NCBI GenBank assembly: GCA_964465835.1
Contig: CAYXLH010000002.1
Location: 1 to 59,735 of the forward strand
Origin: an uncultured Bacteroides sp.
GTDB lineage: Bacteria > Bacillota > Clostridia > Oscillospirales > Acutalibacteraceae
Reading direction: 5' to 3'
Length of the DNA: 59,735 nucleotides
Positions 41,665 through 52,300 of the stretch are shown one piece after another. A program made the translations under genes and the position numbers. A model generated the notes under the pieces. The model was not told the DNA's origin and searched no databases. It was given only the letters and a program-made list of their open reading frames with translations. Position 1 is the first letter of the stretch. Every line of letters starts with the position of its first letter.

Positions 41665-42945
41665 TCATATTACTTTTGTTCCGCCTACAGGACGAATTAT
41701 AAGAACGTGACAACTATTTTCACCAAACACGCTTTCAATTACTGTTTTATACTTATCAAGCAAGTCATTAGGTACAAAAGCCTGAATAGTTCCTGCAAAA
41801 CCACCCCCGTGAACACGGAATGCGCCTTTTCCTCTAAGGATTTCATCGCTTATTGCAAGGGCAAGTGAAAGCTTCTGCTCGGTAGGATTTTTAGGTGTAT
41901 ATACGTTTTGGTTATACATATATGACGATTTGCCGGAATCAAGAATAATCTGCTTAAAGGTTTCAAAATCATTGACTTCAAGAGCGTTTACGGCATTGTC
42001 AACACGCTTGTTTTCATTGTAAAAGTGAATTGCACGAAGAATTGCTCTGTCGTTTACCTTGTCTTTAATCTGAGGAAGTGCACTCATAAATTCCTCGTAA
42101 GTAATTTCTCTGAGCACATTTTTTCCCATAGCCTGGGCGACCGATTCCATCTCTCCTCTGACAGCAGCATAGTCATCTGTAAGGTCGGAGTGATTTCCGC
42201 CTGTATCAACAATACAAAGACTGTGACCTGACTTTGAAAAATCAAAATCAATCTTACTAATTACAGGATTTTCAGTTGATTTAAAGTCTATTGTAACAAA
42301 TGTTCCGACGGAGGATGCCATCTGGTCAAGAAGTCCGCAGGGTTTACCGAAAAATACATTTTCGCTGTATTGTGCAACCTTTGCAATGTCAACAGCGTCA
42401 ATTTTTCCGTCATTAAAGAGATATGACATAATTGTGCCCAAAAGAACCTCAAATGCGGCTGATGAAGAAAGTCCGGAACCGCCCATTACATCGGAAGTAG
42501 TGCATGCATCAAAGCCCGATACTTCAAATCCAAGGTTTTTAATTCCTGCGGCAACACCCTGTACCATAGCGGTTGAATGACCATAGTTCGCCTCGTTTGG
42601 TTCAAGATCTGACAAATCAACAAGATTCATCTTATGACCCTTTGATTTAACACGGATGGTGTTGTCACTGTTAGGGCTGACAACTGCAATGGCGTCAAGA
42701 TTAATTGAAGCCGCCAATACTTTGCCTTTATTATGGTCGGTATGGTTACCGCAGATTTCGGTTCTTCCGGGAGCAGACATAATACTTACATCTCTGTCCC
42801 AACCGAACAATCCGCCAAAATCTTCAACTGTCTGGGCATATCTTTCTCTCTGCTGAACAACAGCACTGTCAGTAACATAGACGGCTTTTAACGCATTGTC
42901 AAACTCTCCGTTTCTTAATGCTGAAATTAATTCTTTTGCTTTCAT
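41665..42945 (-). CDS. galK: Galactokinase-family GHMP kinase
   Basis: SAPGRTEICGNHTDH, GSGLSSSAAFE, PCGLLDQ, RVHGGGFAG. Start at ATG 42945 after GGAGG. Confidence 0.8.
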   Translation of the reverse strand: MKAKELISALRNGEFDNALKAVYVTDSAVVQQRERYAQTVEDFGGLFGWDRDVSIMSAPGRTEICGNHTDHNKGKVLAASINLDAIAVVSPNSDNTIRVKSKGHKMNLVDLSDLEPNEANYGHSTAMVQGVAAGIKNLGFEVSGFDACTTSDVMGGSGLSSSAAFEVLLGTIMSYLFNDGKIDAVDIAKVAQYSENVFFGKPCGLLDQMASSVGTFVTIDFKSTENPVISKIDFDFSKSGHSLCIVDTGGNHSDLTDDYAAVRGEMESVAQAMGKNVLREITYEEFMSALPQIKDKVNDRAILRAIHFYNENKRVDNAVNALEVNDFETFKQIILDSGKSSYMYNQNVYTPKNPTEQKLSLALAISDEILRGKGAFRVHGGGFAGTIQAFVPNDLLDKYKTVIESVFGENSCHVLIIRPVGGTKVI

Positions 42946-42957
42946 AATTTCCTCCAC

Positions 42958-43731
42958 TTAAAGAACAATTTTATATTTACCTTTTTCACTGTAAATTAAC
43001 AGCGTCTGCGTCATCTGACGCGTTTTTCTGCCATAAAAAATATTGAATATCAAACTTGTAATACCTGAAAACGCAACAATAATTATCAACAGCGTCAGGA
43101 ACTGAGCCGAAAATGGATTTGTAAATGCCGCTCCAAGCTTGGTATATATATATAGTCTCGGGGCAAAACCCACGATACTAAGACAGCAATAATATACATA
43201 ATCGTATTTCATTGAGCCATAATATTTTGATACCATACCGAGAGGTATAAACGGTATCAGCCTCGTAACAAACAAAACATAAGGATTTCCGTTGCCCTTA
43301 AAATGAATCCAGTCACGTACGAACTTGATTTTTTTAATATTCAGTATCATACCTGCCCAGCCGCCGCCAATCCACATACCCTCAATATATTTGACGGTAA
43401 AGAAAAACCATATGCATATAACATTAATTATTATTGCATGGTTTATTGGAAAAACCATACCGGATATTACACACAGAAAACTCAGCGGTATGGGTAGCTG
43501 GCATTTTGCAATATACAAAGCAAAAATACATACAATTATTTCCGTGTTACTGTCAAGATTCGCAACGGCATTATCTATTTTTGTAAGCCAATTAATTAAT
43601 GTATAAAAACGTGTTTCAAGCTTAACATGGTTATAAAGCATTACAGCCAGTACTACAATAAGCCCCACAGTAACGAGGATAATAATATTAGATATTAAGT
43701 TTGTCTGATGACGTTTGCTTTTTTTCATCAC
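42958..43731 (-). CDS. VTT/DedA (TVP38/TMEM64) family membrane protein
   Basis: Multi-TM; PIPLSFLCVISGMVF and LFVTRLIPFIP..VS..YG motifs. Alternative ATG at 43728. Confidence 0.75.
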   Translation of the reverse strand: MMKKSKRHQTNLISNIIILVTVGLIVVLAVMLYNHVKLETRFYTLINWLTKIDNAVANLDSNTEIIVCIFALYIAKCQLPIPLSFLCVISGMVFPINHAIIINVICIWFFFTVKYIEGMWIGGGWAGMILNIKKIKFVRDWIHFKGNGNPYVLFVTRLIPFIPLGMVSKYYGSMKYDYVYYCCLSIVGFAPRLYIYTKLGAAFTNPFSAQFLTLLIIIVAFSGITSLIFNIFYGRKTRQMTQTLLIYSEKGKYKIVL

Positions 43732-43758
43732 TGCACACTCAAATCCGATTATATATTG

Positions 43759-44892
43759 TTAGTTTTTTTCGTAGTAATTGCCCAAAAACGAGAAGTCGGG
43801 GAGTTCATCCGACAGGGCACAAAGTAAATCCATTGTGGATTCATCGCTTACCGAGCCTTCAACATCAACATAGAAAAAGTACCTGAATTCGCCGTTTGCA
43901 ATAGGACGGGATTCTATTTTTGTAAGGTTAAGACCCGACATTGAAAATCTGCCTAAAACTCTGTACAGAGAGCCGGTGGTATGATTAACAGTAAAAATAA
44001 GGGATATCTTATTTGCATCATCATCAATAACAAGGCTCTTAGAAATTACTATGAAGCGGGTTTGATTATTAGAAATATTTTGAATACCTTTTTTAATAAT
44101 TTTAAGTCCGTATTTCTTCGCCGCACTTTCACTGCATATAGCAGCGGCGTTCTTTTTTCCGCACTCACTGACATACTTTGCTGCTGCGGCGGTATTTGTA
44201 AAGTTTATTCCCGTAAAATCAAATGTTTTCAAAAAATCGTTGCACTGACTCAGCGCCTGTGGATGAGAATAAACATTTTCAATATCCTCATATTTAGTAC
44301 CTGGCATGGCGCAGAGACAGTGATCAATTTTCAAATCGTATGCCCCTACCACATAAAAACGGTATTTCATTATTAAATCGTATGATTCGTGAACGGAACC
44401 TGCTGTGGAATTTTCAACAGGGATAATTCCGAATTTTGCTTTGTTCTGATTTACAGCCTCAAAAACATCCTCAAACTGCTTAAAAAATTTAACTGGAGAA
44501 TCGGGAAACAAAGCATTTGCTGCCTTTGAACTGTATGCGCCGTCAACACCCTGACAGGCAATAGGTTCGCCGTAAGCAGTAAGCTTTTTCTCACGTACAG
44601 CATTATTTACTGTATTACGAAGTTCCCTTCCGCCGCCGATAATTTTATGCTGAATTGCTCTTGACGCATCCATTGTAGCAGAAAAAACTGTTTTTATATT
44701 ATTTCCCTGTTCTCCGCATTTTTCGGCAACATTATCAAGAATTTCCTGCTCTCTTTTTTCGTTTAAAACAGGTATTCCCTTTTCAACCTTATATTGGGCA
44801 ACCTGTTTTGATATATCCATCCTCTTTAAAAGCAAAGGAATAAGCTGTTCGTCTATTTCATCAATTTCTTTTCTAAGTCCTAAAAGATCCAT
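43759..44892 (-). CDS. pheA: Chorismate mutase/prephenate dehydratase
   Basis: LRKEIDEID AroQ domain, PVENSTAGSV, SHPQALSQC, TRF, NLTKIESRP ACT domain. Confidence 0.95.
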   Translation of the reverse strand: MDLLGLRKEIDEIDEQLIPLLLKRMDISKQVAQYKVEKGIPVLNEKREQEILDNVAEKCGEQGNNIKTVFSATMDASRAIQHKIIGGGRELRNTVNNAVREKKLTAYGEPIACQGVDGAYSSKAANALFPDSPVKFFKQFEDVFEAVNQNKAKFGIIPVENSTAGSVHESYDLIMKYRFYVVGAYDLKIDHCLCAMPGTKYEDIENVYSHPQALSQCNDFLKTFDFTGINFTNTAAAAKYVSECGKKNAAAICSESAAKKYGLKIIKKGIQNISNNQTRFIVISKSLVIDDDANKISLIFTVNHTTGSLYRVLGRFSMSGLNLTKIESRPIANGEFRYFFYVDVEGSVSDESTMDLLCALSDELPDFSFLGNYYEKN

Positions 44893-44910
44893 TAACTATT
44901 ATTTTCCTTT

Positions 44911-45984
44911 TTACATCATTAAATCAAGTATTCCCAAAGCTGCTGCCGCTTCAACAACAGGCACCGCTCTCGGAACAATGCAGGGGTCGTGACGACCTTT
45001 AATTATCAGCGTTTCATTTTTCATAGTCTGTAGATTAACACTGCGCTGGGGTTTTGAAACAGACGGCGTAGGTTTAATTGCAACCGAGAAAACCAGCGGT
45101 GCGCCGTCAGTCATTCCTCCGAGAACGCCTCCGTTATTGTTAGAAAGAAGTTCAACCTTTCCGTCCTTAATTTCATATTCATCATTAACTTTGCCTGCAT
45201 TCTTATCGGCAAAATCAAATCCAAGTCCGAACTCAACGCCTTTAACGGCAGGAATACCAAAAAGAATAGGTGCAAGAGTGCTTTCAACCGTATCAAACAT
45301 ATTACCACCCAGACCTACAGGGAGTCCCACTGCAGCACATTCTATTATACCGCCGACGCTATCTTGCTCAAGCCTGAATTTTTCAATTTCAGCACGCATT
45401 TTAAGCTCAGATTCAGGGCTAATGGTAGAAAAAGTTTTTGAAGCAAGAGTATTAAGCTTTTCAGCGCTGATACTGTTCATATCAAAAGCAGTATCTTTAA
45501 CGCTTCCTATTTGTTTTATATGAGCACCCACGGTAATACCCTTTTGTTCTAAAATCTGCTTGGCTACTGCACCGGCAAACACTATGGGAGCCGTAAGCCT
45601 GCCACTGAAATGACCGCCTCCCCGTATATCGTTAAATCCACCGTATTTTACAAAGGCGGGATAATCGCTGTGTGAGGGCCTTGGAACGGTCATAAGATTA
45701 GAATAATCACCGCTTTTGGTATTTGTATTTTCAATAATCATAGCAAGTGGCGCACCGGTTGTGGTATCGTTAAGAATACCCGAAATCACGTTGGGAATAT
45801 CCTTTTCAAGCCTCGGCGTAGAAGTCATATCCTTTCCGGGAGCACGTCTTGCCATATCTTTATAGATTTTGTCATAATCAAGCTTTACGCCAGCAGGCAG
45901 ACCGTCAATAACGCACCCTATACCATTTCCGTGGCTTTCGCCAAAAACAGACAATTTAATTTTATTCAGTATCACAGATGACAT
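44911..45984 (-). CDS. aroC: Chorismate synthase
   Basis: FGESHG, PRPSHSD, FSGRLTA, IKPTPS, GRHDPC. Start at ATG 45984 after GGAGGT. Confidence 0.97.
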   Translation of the reverse strand: MSSVILNKIKLSVFGESHGNGIGCVIDGLPAGVKLDYDKIYKDMARRAPGKDMTSTPRLEKDIPNVISGILNDTTTGAPLAMIIENTNTKSGDYSNLMTVPRPSHSDYPAFVKYGGFNDIRGGGHFSGRLTAPIVFAGAVAKQILEQKGITVGAHIKQIGSVKDTAFDMNSISAEKLNTLASKTFSTISPESELKMRAEIEKFRLEQDSVGGIIECAAVGLPVGLGGNMFDTVESTLAPILFGIPAVKGVEFGLGFDFADKNAGKVNDEYEIKDGKVELLSNNNGGVLGGMTDGAPLVFSVAIKPTPSVSKPQRSVNLQTMKNETLIIKGRHDPCIVPRAVPVVEAAAALGILDLMM

Positions 45985-47176
45985 CTGCTTTACCTCCAAG
46001 AGAATTATAATCCTCAAAAAACTGAGGGTAAGATTTATTTATACTTTCAGCGCCGCTTATCTGAGTTTCTCCATGTGCAGCAAGCGCCGCAACGGAAAAT
46101 GCCATAACAATTCTATGGTCGTTAAATCCATCAAGTTTTGCTCCGCATACATCACCGCAGCTGTTAATAATCATTCCGTCAGGCTGCTCAATAACGTCAA
46201 CACCCATTTTTTTAAGATTTAATACAACACTTTTTATTCGGTCAGACTCTTTATAATGCAGTCTTTCACCGCCTGTTATTATCGTTTGTCCGTCAGCGTA
46301 AGCCGCCGTAACCGCAATTATGGGCACAAGGTCAGGTATATCTGTTACATCAACCTTTATGCCTTTTAGACGACTTTGTCTGCAATGAACAGCGTTGTCT
46401 TCTACTGCTATATCTGCTTTGAAATCTTTAAGCACATCAATTATATGTTTGTCGCCCTGAGCACATTTTAAATCCAGACCGGTGACAGTAACATCACCGC
46501 ATATTGCACCTGCCGCCAGAAAAAATGCCGCCTGGGACCAGTCGCCCTCTACATTATAGTCAAGCTTACGATATTTCTGCGAACCTTTAATAAGATATCC
46601 GAAATCCGTTTCAAATACTCTCACACCGTAATCGTTCATTATTTTTACGGTCATATCAACATAAGGTTTAGACTGAAGGGGTGATTTAAGCACAACTGCA
46701 CTGTCGCCCTGAAGATTGGCAAGTGCAAGAAGCAATCCGGTTACGTACTGACTACTGACATTTCCGTCCACCTCGTAATTTCCGTTTCGCATCTGACCAC
46801 TGATATAGAAAGGCAAATATCCATCACTTTTAACAGTAACGCCATGCTGAGGAAGCAAATCAAGATACTCTCCAACGGTTCTTGTAAGCAGACTGCCCTC
46901 GCCTGTAAAAGTCACCGTCCTGCCTAAAGAGGCTGCTACGGGAATCATAAAACGAAGGGTTGAACCGCTTTCAATGCAATGAAGACACATTGATTCGTTT
47001 TTTAAGCCGTCTATAACGCCCTGGGTTGCCTGCATATCCTTTGAATTTATTATAGGAAAAACTGTTCCTCCGCCTGCAAGAAATGAGCATATCAACGCTC
47101 TGTGAGCCGCTGATTTTGAAGGAGGAGCGGTAATATTTCCGTATAACTTTGAAGGGCTGACAAAAACTTTGCTCAT
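45962..47176 (-). CDS. aroA: EPSP synthase
   Basis: PPSKSAAHR, ESGSTLRF, SSQY, SKPYVDMT, KESDR, DHRIVMA, KSYPQFF. Confidence 0.96.
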   Translation of the reverse strand: MSKVFVSPSKLYGNITAPPSKSAAHRALICSFLAGGGTVFPIINSKDMQATQGVIDGLKNESMCLHCIESGSTLRFMIPVAASLGRTVTFTGEGSLLTRTVGEYLDLLPQHGVTVKSDGYLPFYISGQMRNGNYEVDGNVSSQYVTGLLLALANLQGDSAVVLKSPLQSKPYVDMTVKIMNDYGVRVFETDFGYLIKGSQKYRKLDYNVEGDWSQAAFFLAAGAICGDVTVTGLDLKCAQGDKHIIDVLKDFKADIAVEDNAVHCRQSRLKGIKVDVTDIPDLVPIIAVTAAYADGQTIITGGERLHYKESDRIKSVVLNLKKMGVDVIEQPDGMIINSCGDVCGAKLDGFNDHRIVMAFSVAALAAHGETQISGAESINKSYPQFFEDYNSLGGKADVICDTE

Positions 47177-48229
47177 TTATTCTACTCCGAACATCTTTGG
47201 TATATTTTCATATTTAACAGGATAAATAAATCCGTTGCCCACAGAATGAAGCATTATAAAATTAATGCCCTGTCCTGTTCGCTTTTTATCAGCACTCATC
47301 GCATTAACAATTTCTTTTACAGAGAGATTATCGTGGGTACGCAAATTATTTTTAACAAGAATATCAGCAATTCTTTTTGATGTACCTTCAGGGGTGATTC
47401 CCAATTTTTCACCTACAGATGATATAAGAACCATGCCCATACCAACGGCTTCTCCGTGGGAAACAGTTTTAAAATTATGCAGTTTTTCAATAGCATGACC
47501 GGGGGTGTGACCAAAATTCAACAGCGCTCTTTCACCGTGTTCTTTTTCATCACGCTCAACAACGCCTGCTTTAAGGCTCACGCACTGATAAATTATCTCT
47601 TCAACATTCTCTTTGACATCTTTTTTTTCAATAAGTTCAAACAAAGTATCGCTTTTAATACAACCCATTTTTATAGCCTCTGCCATACCGTCTGCAAAAA
47701 AATGGTCTGACAGTGAATCAAGTGTATTCGGGTCAATCAGAACAAGGCTGGGCTGATGAAATGCACCGCAAAGATTTTTTCCCTGAGGCAAATCAACTGC
47801 AGTTTTACCGCCGACTGATGAATCAACCTGGGCCAAAAGTGAGGTGGGAATTTGTACGAACTTAATGCCCCTCAGATAAATTGCAGCAGCAAATCCCGCC
47901 ATATCTCCGCAAACTCCGCCGCCTAAAGCAACAGCTATATCATTTCGTGTAAGTTCGTTTTCAGCCATAAATTCAACCATTTTAATAACGGTCTCAGCTT
48001 TTTTTGATTCCTCACCGGCAGGAAAAACAAAATCATAAACTTCGTAGCCGTGGCTTTCAAGCTGATTATGAATATTCTGTCCGTAAATCGGGTATACATT
48101 GGTTTCGCTGATTAAACAAATCTTTTTTGCCTCGCATATATCATCAACGTATCCTGCAAAATCATTAAGAAGTCCCTTTTTAATTAAAATATCATATCCC
48201 TGGGCAACATTAACTCTCAGTTTTTTCAT
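47177..48229 (-). CDS. aroB: 3-dehydroquinate synthase
   Basis: LGGGVCGD, PTSLLAQVDSSVGGKT, LNFGHT.GHAIE, HGEAV. Confidence 0.97.
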   Translation of the reverse strand: MKKLRVNVAQGYDILIKKGLLNDFAGYVDDICEAKKICLISETNVYPIYGQNIHNQLESHGYEVYDFVFPAGEESKKAETVIKMVEFMAENELTRNDIAVALGGGVCGDMAGFAAAIYLRGIKFVQIPTSLLAQVDSSVGGKTAVDLPQGKNLCGAFHQPSLVLIDPNTLDSLSDHFFADGMAEAIKMGCIKSDTLFELIEKKDVKENVEEIIYQCVSLKAGVVERDEKEHGERALLNFGHTPGHAIEKLHNFKTVSHGEAVGMGMVLISSVGEKLGITPEGTSKRIADILVKNNLRTHDNLSVKEIVNAMSADKKRTGQGINFIMLHSVGNGFIYPVKYENIPKMFGVE

Positions 48230-49056
48230 TATCCGATTTCCTCCTTAATTCTGTTGCCCTTTTCCATAAGCGCTCTCAGCGCGTCCTCATCCTCATTGAC
48301 GATATTATATTTAAACTGCATAAGATTTGAAACAAGGTCGTCAATTTCTCTTACCAACGCTTCTTTGTTGGCAATAAAAAGCTCTGTCCACATTTCAGCA
48401 TTAATTCTTGCAACACGGCTTACATCACGGTAAGAGCCTGCTGAATACCCCTCGTGCATAGGAGCAAGAGGAGAAAGAACGTATGAGCAAGCAAGAACGT
48501 GAGCAATCTGAGAAGTAAATGCAATCATTTCGTCGTGATGCTCCGGAGTGGTAACAACTGTTCTTGCAAATCCCATATTCTGAGCAATACCTACTATAGC
48601 GTCAGTTTTATTTCTCGGTGTTGAGGAAGTAGGGGTACAGATAAAGCTTGCATTATCAAATAAATTATTGAGGCTGTTGTCATAACCGCCGACCTCTCGT
48701 CCTGCCATAGGATGAGCACCAATAAAATAAAAATCTAAATCGTACTTTTCCATTTCCCTGCAGATTTCAGTTTTGATACCGCAGGAATCAATTACTATAG
48801 AATCTTTTTTGAATAAATCCTTATGTTCAAGAATAAAAGGAACAATCGCCTTTGGATAAAAATTAATAATAGTTACATCTGCTTTCGGTATTAATTCCTC
48901 AAGCTCGCCTATCTCATCAACAGAACCTTCTGCAAGTGCCTTTTCGGCAACAGATTTCGTTCTGTTCCAACCTAACACTTTGTATGATGTGTTCTTTTTT
49001 AAAGTCTTTGCCAGGCTTCCACCTATTAAACCAAGGCCGCAAATTAAAATGTTCAT
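48229..49056 (-). CDS. tyrA: Prephenate/arogenate dehydrogenase
   Basis: GLGLIGGS, HPMAGRE, HDEMIAFTSQ..H, GSYRDVSRVA. Confidence 0.93.
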   Translation of the reverse strand: MNILICGLGLIGGSLAKTLKKNTSYKVLGWNRTKSVAEKALAEGSVDEIGELEELIPKADVTIINFYPKAIVPFILEHKDLFKKDSIVIDSCGIKTEICREMEKYDLDFYFIGAHPMAGREVGGYDNSLNNLFDNASFICTPTSSTPRNKTDAIVGIAQNMGFARTVVTTPEHHDEMIAFTSQIAHVLACSYVLSPLAPMHEGYSAGSYRDVSRVARINAEMWTELFIANKEALVREIDDLVSNLMQFKYNIVNEDEDALRALMEKGNRIKEEIG

Positions 49057-49096
49057 TACACAATACTTCCATTATACTTTATACTACATACTGTTT

Positions 49097-49125
49097 ATAA
49101 TAATATATAAATTATAATATGTCAA
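49097..49125 (-). promoter_or_regulatory. Putative sigma-A promoter of the aro operon
   Basis: TTGACA-17 nt-TATTAT. Confidence 0.65.
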
Positions 49126-49156
49126 ATTAAATTAATATAAACTGGAAATTTAATCA

Positions 49157-49190
49157 TAATAATACCCCCTCCTCGCTTGAGGAAGGGGTA
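49157..49190 (-). terminator. Intrinsic terminator closing the large-protein/peptide operon
   Basis: Minus strand TACCCCTTCCTC-aagc-GAGGAGGGGGTA followed by TTATT. Confidence 0.75.
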
Positions 49191-49203
49191 AAACTAATTT
49201 CAT

Positions 49204-49347
49204 TTAACCGAAATAATTATAATCGTGGTCGTCGCCGCCTTCAAGATCCGGATTATCAGTTTCCGGATGTGACGGAGTTGTCAAAACGCCTTCTGTAAAT
49301 GAATATTTTTTGATTTCTACTTCAGGCTGTGCATAAAATTTCTTCAT
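49204..49347 (-). CDS. 47-aa peptide with YxxP leader motif (not in ORF track)
   Basis: MKKFYAQPEVEIKKYSFTEGVLTTPSHPETDNPDLEGGDDHDYNYFG. Strong RBS (AAGGAGGG) overlapping the upstream stop; terminator right after. Confidence 0.85.
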   Translation of the reverse strand: MKKFYAQPEVEIKKYSFTEGVLTTPSHPETDNPDLEGGDDHDYNYFG

Positions 49348-49360
49348 TACAAAGCCCTCC

Positions 49361-52300
49361 TTACTTTAAGACATTAACGTTATTTTTAACAACGGTATCT
49401 GAATATACGGTATGTTGTACGCCGCTAGCGTCTTTGTAAGTGAAGTATGCCGTATAAGCGAAAGAAATGTTGCCTGTGATATTAGTAGTTCTGACATTGA
49501 TTACGAACTGGTCACCAACTGTGTGTTCAGATGACTTCATACGTGCAACGCCGTCAGTACCCACATTTTCAAGAGTCATATCAGCAGTTGTATTTGTTGT
49601 GAACAACATACCAGACTCAACCAGCTCACAGCCAGTAGGAAGAACAAATGTACCGATCATACCGAACTTGCCTTCTTTAACTATGATGTCATCACGAACT
49701 ACAACTGAAGCACCGTTTTCATCCAACTTAGAAAGATCTACTATGCTTGTGCCGTCTGAAGCGCCGGTAAGCTCTGCATCATACTGATCTTTTGTATAAA
49801 TTGAGATATGAGCATCTTCGTTAGCATAGAAGCTATATGATGAACCATAATGAAGTACATATTCGGATCCCGGTGTTGTATTCAGCCAATCATCGTAATT
49901 AGCTTCATCAATCTTACACCAAACATATCCGGTCGGGAAGTCAAGGGTTACAAGTTCATTATAATATGCTGTTAATGTTCTTTCACCGAAGTTTCCATCC
50001 TCATTAATAATTGTAATGGTATACATTTCATCAGCCTGTGTTCTGCTGTAATTAGCAACGACTGTAATATCTTTGTCAGCAGTAACTGTTCCGCTTACTA
50101 CAGAACCATTAAGTGTATAATTATCAAACTGATAATATGCACGAGCCGGTGCAGTAGGAAGTGTTACGGCTGAACCCTTTGCTACATAATCTGTTGCAAA
50201 TGTCTTGCCGTTAAGCTGATTAACATAAGTAACTTTAACAGTATCGGCAGTATCTTTTGCTGCAGAAGTTGTAAGAGCTGTATCACCTTTTACAATAAAT
50301 GTAATTCTGTAATCAGTTGTATAATACTTATTAGTATTTTCGGATGTATTTGACTTGTAAGCATAGTACCAGTCAACTTTTTCGCCGTTAGGAGACTGGG
50401 CAGTATATTCGGTACCATAATCAACTGTTGCAACTTCAACGCCGTCAATGGTAACTGTATACTGCTGAGGAGCTACAGAAGTAAGAATATTAGTAACTTC
50501 AGCATCAAGTTCTGCCTGGTTAGCATATTTAACACCTGAAACTGAAATGCCGTTATAAATCTCTACATCACTGTAAATGTTAAGGTTCTTGATTGCCTGA
50601 ATAGCTTCGTTAATTCCAACGAAAGCATCAGGATCTTTGAATTTAGCTTTAGCTTCAATAGCTGCAGCATCAAGAGCAGCGGCATCTATTTCTGCAACTG
50701 TAGCTGTAAGCTTAGCAATATTCTGAGCTTCAGCATTAATCAATGACTGGGAATCAGAAAATACTGTTTTTCTCTCTTCTTCAGTCTTGTTAAGATACGG
50801 GAATTTTGAAGAATCTTTCAAGTCAGCTGCAATTGCTTCAAGAGAGGCTGTTGTATATTTATCAGCTTCAAGTCCTTGTGCAATAGCAAGAGCTGCATCT
50901 AAAACAGGTGTGAAGTCTGCAAAAGACTGAAGAGCATTGAATGCATCAATAAGCGCTGTTGCAATAGCGTCAATAGTTGGCTGCTCAGATGTGCCGAAAT
51001 TACGAACTTTCAAATCTGAGTACTTGTCGTTAACTGCTGTAATTGCAGCATTATAAGCATTTTCAAAATTAGTCCAAGATGCTTCTGAATAAGTTGCTGA
51101 ACCTGCGTCATATGTTGCCTTAACCTGGCTGATAGCGTCTTTGATTGATTTGTTGTTAGCGGGTGCCTTAAGAGAATCATAAGCAGTCCATAACTTACCA
51201 TATCTATCTACACATTCAGTGAGTATCTGATCGGCAGTCATTGTTGAATATTGCATCTTTCCCTTAGCGCCTTCAAGAGCTTTTTTAAGAGCAGTCCAGG
51301 TAGGAACTGTATAATCAGCTTCATTAAGAGATTCGCAGATTTTGATTAAATCAATGAGATAAGATATATCTACTACTGATGTTGACTGTGTATATGCAGC
51401 ACGGTCATGGGAGTAACCATAGTATGTTGCAAATGGAGAATAGTTAAAGTAATAAACCATACCCAAATATGTATTAACAGAACATGGTATAATTTCAGGA
51501 ATTGTTGTTGCAGAAACTTTCTTTGGTGTTGTCTTTACAAGAGAAAGCGTAAAGTCAGAAACAAAGGTTGTGGTTCTTGTATTATTACTGCCGTCTGAAT
51601 AAGTTGTGATACAACCGCGTGGAGGAACAGTACCGTCTGTAATAGCAAGAACGTCATCATACTTGAAGTCTAGTGAATCAACATTTTTACCGTTTTCATC
51701 TTTACCATAGAACTGGCTGTTACCGGTCTTGCCTGTAACATAGATGTTGCTTACTCTGTAAGTACCGTTTGAAGCAGCGGAAAGAGAACCGTTGTATACA
51801 TTCTGAGCATCATTCGGATTCATAGCAACATTGTCTTTATTTGTCTCAGAAGTAAGCTCACCAACTTTTGACTGACCATCGGCAAGGTTAATAGAATCAA
51901 GATGCTGGTCTGCATTTCTGCTGGTATTCCAGCTGAATGTTGCACCGCCTAAATCAAATGTTGCAGCATCATGTGTTGTTCTAAACACGATTTGATTATT
52001 ATTACGTTTAAAATCAAGAGTCCAGTAACCGCTCTGGTGTGAAGAATCAATGTGTGTTGTTTCTGCTGTACCGGAATTTGCGATAGTACCATTATCAAGG
52101 TCTGAAAATGCAGGATCAAGCTCTCTGATAGCAGTGAGTATTGCATTAATGTAATTATTATATTCACTTATAGCGCTATTAACGCTTCCTACAGTGCCTG
52201 CATCTAATGTAACCGTTGACAAAGATGAAATATATGCATTTGCATTTGTTACAGCAGCTGTAACATCTGAATAATTAGAATATTTAGATGGATTAAAGGT

